Positions 61,192-64,000 of a DNA stretch of 64,000 nt are shown here, piece by piece. Within the stretch, counting starts at the first letter, position 1. Each line of letters opens with the position of its first letter. The position numbers and the translations under genes were made by a program. The stretch is from Betaproteobacteria bacterium (GTDB taxonomy: Bacteria; Pseudomonadota; Gammaproteobacteria; Burkholderiales; JAHFQX01): positions 111-64,110 of the forward strand of contig JAHFQX010000012.1 of assembly GCA_023259135.1 (NCBI GenBank), given 5' to 3'. The notes below the pieces were generated by a model. That model did no database searches and had not been told where the DNA came from. It saw only the letters and a program-made list of their open reading frames with translations.

Positions 61192-61351
61192 CCCAGCCCT
61201 GGCCGCCTCCGGATTGCTCGAAAAATTCGAAGCTAGCCCTCAATACAATTAGCCATTGAAGATCATGGGAAAGTGTAGCATTCGGCTTTCCCGGCCGTCC
61301 CTGTTGGAACAGCGTGGGTGACGGCATTACCTTTCTCAAGGAGTATGACCC

Positions 61352-61984
61352 ATGGCTAAACTGCTCTACATCGAAGCTTCTCCCCGCAAGGCACGTTCCG
61401 CGTCCATCCAAGTTGCCCGAGCGTTCCTGGATGCCTACCGGGCAGCCCATCCTGCCGATCAGGTGGAAACCCTGGACTTATGGCAAACCCCGCTTCCCGA
61501 GTTGGACGAGACCCTGATCAATGCCCGCTACGCCCTTATCCAAGGCGAAGGCCATAGTTCCGAGCAGGCGGCGGCCTGGGCTCGGGTCGCGATGTTGGCC
61601 GAGCGCTTCAAATCCGCGGACAAATACCTGTTCAGCCTGCCCATGTGGAATTTCGGCATTCCCTACAAGCTCAAGCACCTGATCGATGCCATCACCCATC
61701 CGGGCCTGACGTTCAGCTTTGCTCCCGAGACGGGCTACCAGGGGCTAGTGACCGGCAAGCCGGCGGTGGTGATTTATGCCCGAGGCGGTGAATATCCGGC
61801 GGGCAGTCCGGCGGAAGGCTACGATCTGCAAAAGCGCTATTTCGAGCAATGGCTGGGCTTCATCGGCATTACCGCGGTGCAAGCGGTAGTGGTGGAACCC
61901 ACTTTGGCCGCCGGACCGGAAGGGGCGGAACGCGCCAAGGCCGCAGCCTCCCAAAAAGCCGCCGGGATGGCTCGGGGATTTTGA
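61352..61984 (+). CDS. azoR: FMN-dependent NADH-azoreductase
   Basis: 210 aa: MAKLLYIEASPR.., then SLPMWNFGIPYKLKHLIDAI. AAGGAG ribosome-binding site upstream. Confidence 0.82.
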   Translation: MAKLLYIEASPRKARSASIQVARAFLDAYRAAHPADQVETLDLWQTPLPELDETLINARYALIQGEGHSSEQAAAWARVAMLAERFKSADKYLFSLPMWNFGIPYKLKHLIDAITHPGLTFSFAPETGYQGLVTGKPAVVIYARGGEYPAGSPAEGYDLQKRYFEQWLGFIGITAVQAVVVEPTLAAGPEGAERAKAAASQKAAGMARGF

Positions 61985-62055
61985 CGCCGGGGTGTTGATT
62001 GGAGGTTTCCTTGTTTTCTGAAACAGCCGGTTTCGCTTGATAGCTCGCGCACTCC

Positions 62056-62856
62056 ATGGACCTCGGACTTAAAGACAGGGTCGCCTTGATCACCGGCAGC
62101 AGCCGGGGCACGGGGGAGGGCATCGCCAAAGTATTGGCCGGAGAAGGGGCGGTGGTGCTGGTTCATGGCATGGCCGCCGGGGCGGCGGATCGGGTGACGG
62201 AGGAGATCCGGCAGGCGGGAGGTCGGGCCCACGCCATCGCGGGAGATATCGCCACCGACGCCGGGGCCGACCAAGCCGCTGGGGAGGCTTTGGCCGTGAC
62301 CGGTCGGATCGACGTGCTGGTCAATAACTACGGCGGGGTGGAGCGAGGTCGCTGGTTTGCGTCGGAAGCCAAAGACTGGGTGCGCATGTACGAAACCAAT
62401 GTGCTTTCGGCCCAGCGCCTCATTCGCCTGCTGGTGCCCGGAATGCTGGCGCGGGGCCGTGGCCGGGTGATGCTGCTGGGCACCATCGGCGCGTTTCGCC
62501 CCGGCGCCCGGAATCCCCATTATTACGCCGCCAAGGCGGCATTGCCGGCCATGGTGGCCAGCTTGGCTCGGGAACTGGAGGGCAGCGGCATTACGGTGAA
62601 CTTAGTCAGTCCCGGCTTGATCCGTACCCGAGAAGTGGAGGAGGGGTATCGGAGCAAGGGCGCCCGCTTGGGTTGGGGAGAAAGTTGGGAAGCCGTCGAG
62701 CAGGGTATCCTCGCCGAATCTCCCAACTTGGTGGGGCGCATCGGCCGGGTCGAGGAAGTGGGCCACCTGGTGGCCTTCCTGGCCAGCGACCTGGCCGGCT
62801 ATATCAATGGCGCCAACGTCTGCATCGACGGGGGGGCCCTGGCTGCGGGCCGCTGA
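62056..62856 (+). CDS. SDR family oxidoreductase
   Basis: 266 aa with TGSSRGTG, NNYG and YYAAK. Confidence 0.85.
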   Translation: MDLGLKDRVALITGSSRGTGEGIAKVLAGEGAVVLVHGMAAGAADRVTEEIRQAGGRAHAIAGDIATDAGADQAAGEALAVTGRIDVLVNNYGGVERGRWFASEAKDWVRMYETNVLSAQRLIRLLVPGMLARGRGRVMLLGTIGAFRPGARNPHYYAAKAALPAMVASLARELEGSGITVNLVSPGLIRTREVEEGYRSKGARLGWGESWEAVEQGILAESPNLVGRIGRVEEVGHLVAFLASDLAGYINGANVCIDGGALAAGR

Positions 62857-62861
62857 TTCGA

Positions 62862-63347
62862 ATGTTTTCTTTCCGCCGTGCCTGTTGGCTCATCTTCGCA
62901 GCCTGCGCCGCGTTGCTGGGCTTTGGCCTCTACTTGCAGCATGTGGAAGGTTTGGAACCTTGTCCGCTGTGCATCGCGCAGCGGATTTTTTTCATTTTGA
63001 CGGGGGCTATGGCCTTGCTGGCGGCGCTCCATGGGCCCAAGAGGTGGGGGCGCCCGGTTTACGGCAGCCTGATGGCCGTGTCGGCGCTGCTGGGGGCCGC
63101 GGTGGCGGGGCGTCATGCTTGGCTGCAACGCCAGCCCCCCAATCCCTTCGCCGACTGCGGTCCCGGCTTGAATTATCTGCTGGAAAACTTCCCTTTGAAG
63201 GAGTCGCTCCCCATGTTGTTCAAAGGCTCTGGCGATTGCGGGAAGATCGCTTGGCGGTTTTTGGCGCTTTCCATCCCGGATTGGGCCTTACTCTGGTTTT
63301 TGCTGCTGGGAGCGACGGCGCTGTGGGCCGGATGGGGGCGGCGTTAG
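62862..63347 (+). CDS. dsbB: Disulfide bond formation protein B
   Basis: Start trimmed to MFSFRRACWLIF. CPLC in the first periplasmic loop, a second Cys pair (C..C) and four TM segments. Confidence 0.85.
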   Translation: MFSFRRACWLIFAACAALLGFGLYLQHVEGLEPCPLCIAQRIFFILTGAMALLAALHGPKRWGRPVYGSLMAVSALLGAAVAGRHAWLQRQPPNPFADCGPGLNYLLENFPLKESLPMLFKGSGDCGKIAWRFLALSIPDWALLWFLLLGATALWAGWGRR

Positions 63348-63446
63348 CGCTATACGGGGTCAGCCTAATCATCTAGAATCACGGGCCCACATATCCTTTA
63401 GGCCCCTCCTGGTCCGGGAGGCGGCCCAAGCGGACGTTTCTTCCCG

Positions 63447-64000
63447 ATGCCCGTGAATTCACACCCCTTGCCCGATGCCCCGCAAAAAGGGACTTTGCCC
63501 TTGGCGCTGGCGGCGGTCGGCGTCGTTTTCGGGGACATCGGCACCAGCCCCTTGTATACCATGCGGGAAATCTTCGGCGGCTCCCATCCCTTGGCGCGGA
63601 CGCCGGATAATGTGCTGGGGATCCTGTCCCTGGTGTTCTGGGCGCTGTTCATCGTCATCACCGTCAAGTACGTGACGTTCATGATGCGGGCCGACAATCG
63701 CGGCGAGGGCGGGATCATGGCCCTCATCGCTCTGACCTTGCGGGCTTCCCAGAGCCACCCGCGGATGCGTTGGGCTCTGATGTCCTTGGGTATTTTCGGA
63801 GCGGCGCTGTTTTATGGAGACGGAATAATCACCCCGGCGATTTCCGTGCTGAGCGCGGTGGAGGGGCTGGAAATAGCGGGTCCCGGGCTGGAGCCTTATG
63901 TGGTTCCCGTTACCCTGGTGGTGCTGGTGGGGCTATTTTTATTTCAGTCGAAGGGGACGGCCAGCGTAGGGGCATTGTTCGGCCCGATCATGGGCTTGTG
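63447..64000 (+). CDS. kup: KUP/HAK/KT potassium uptake protein (5' part, runs off the window)
   Basis: Translating from the ATG at 63447 gives [45 protein letters not shown]... GDIGTSPLY is the Kup signature. The frame stays open to the window end. Confidence 0.88.
   Translation, partial: MPVNSHPLPDAPQKGTLPLALAAVGVVFGDIGTSPLYTMREIFGGSHPLARTPDNVLGILSLVFWALFIVITVKYVTFMMRADNRGEGGIMALIALTLRASQSHPRMRWALMSLGIFGAALFYGDGIITPAISVLSAVEGLEIAGPGLEPYVVPVTLVVLVGLFLFQSKGTASVGALFGPIMGL

Overview
This is a high-GC (about 65% by eye), densely coding proteobacterial chromosome segment. The left edge holds the trailer-proximal part of a CRISPR array: 32 identical 37-nt repeats that continue off the window. I recognised no cas gene in the 61 kb to its right. 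An ABC-F ATPase follows. Next is a 15-kb co-directional acyl-CoA catabolic supercluster (4979-20006). It contains two PaaK-like CoA ligases, four acyl-CoA dehydrogenases (two of them a tandem pair), two MaoC hydratases, a thiolase-like/DUF35 pair, a class I CoA-transferase-fold alpha/beta pair, a class III CoA-transferase, one intact DctP-type binding protein and one decayed DctP-type binding protein. A housekeeping block follows: patatin lipoprotein, NlpC/P60, CDF transporter, ABC1/UbiB kinase, ACAD-like protein, MoxR ATPase, VWA protein and a DinG/YoaA helicase. A second acyl-CoA cluster (30890-39001) carries a DctP-type binding protein placed 6 nt upstream of an MFS transporter, a second thiolase-like/DUF35 pair, an ACAD pair, a double-hotdog hydratase and an SDR. 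Then come a CHASE-PAS-GGDEF-EAL / peroxiredoxin / DksA-TraR operon and a lower-GC patch with hemolysin III, a pRiA4b-ORF3-like gene and a peroxiredoxin gene relic. After that is an Opp/Dpp-type (YejBEF-like) ABC importer with no binding-protein gene. The right part holds a tandem glycine riboswitch upstream of gcvT-gcvH-gcvPA-gcvPB-dgkA, then ntrC-ntrB-DUF4124-glnA with a sigma54 promoter. The window ends with a small redox cluster (rhodanese, nitroreductase, azoreductase, SDR, dsbB) and the 5' end of kup. I found no known defence or mobile system beyond the CRISPR array. The most unusual features are: (1) duplicated dehydrogenase/hydratase/Cys-less thiolase/DUF35 modules combined with PaaK-like ligases and DctP binding proteins that have no DctQM partner (one sits against an MFS gene); (2) a gene-conversion tract in the tandem ACAD pair; (3) anomalies at the CRISPR trailer end. 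All calls rest on reading the sequence and the supplied ORF translations; no database search was run.
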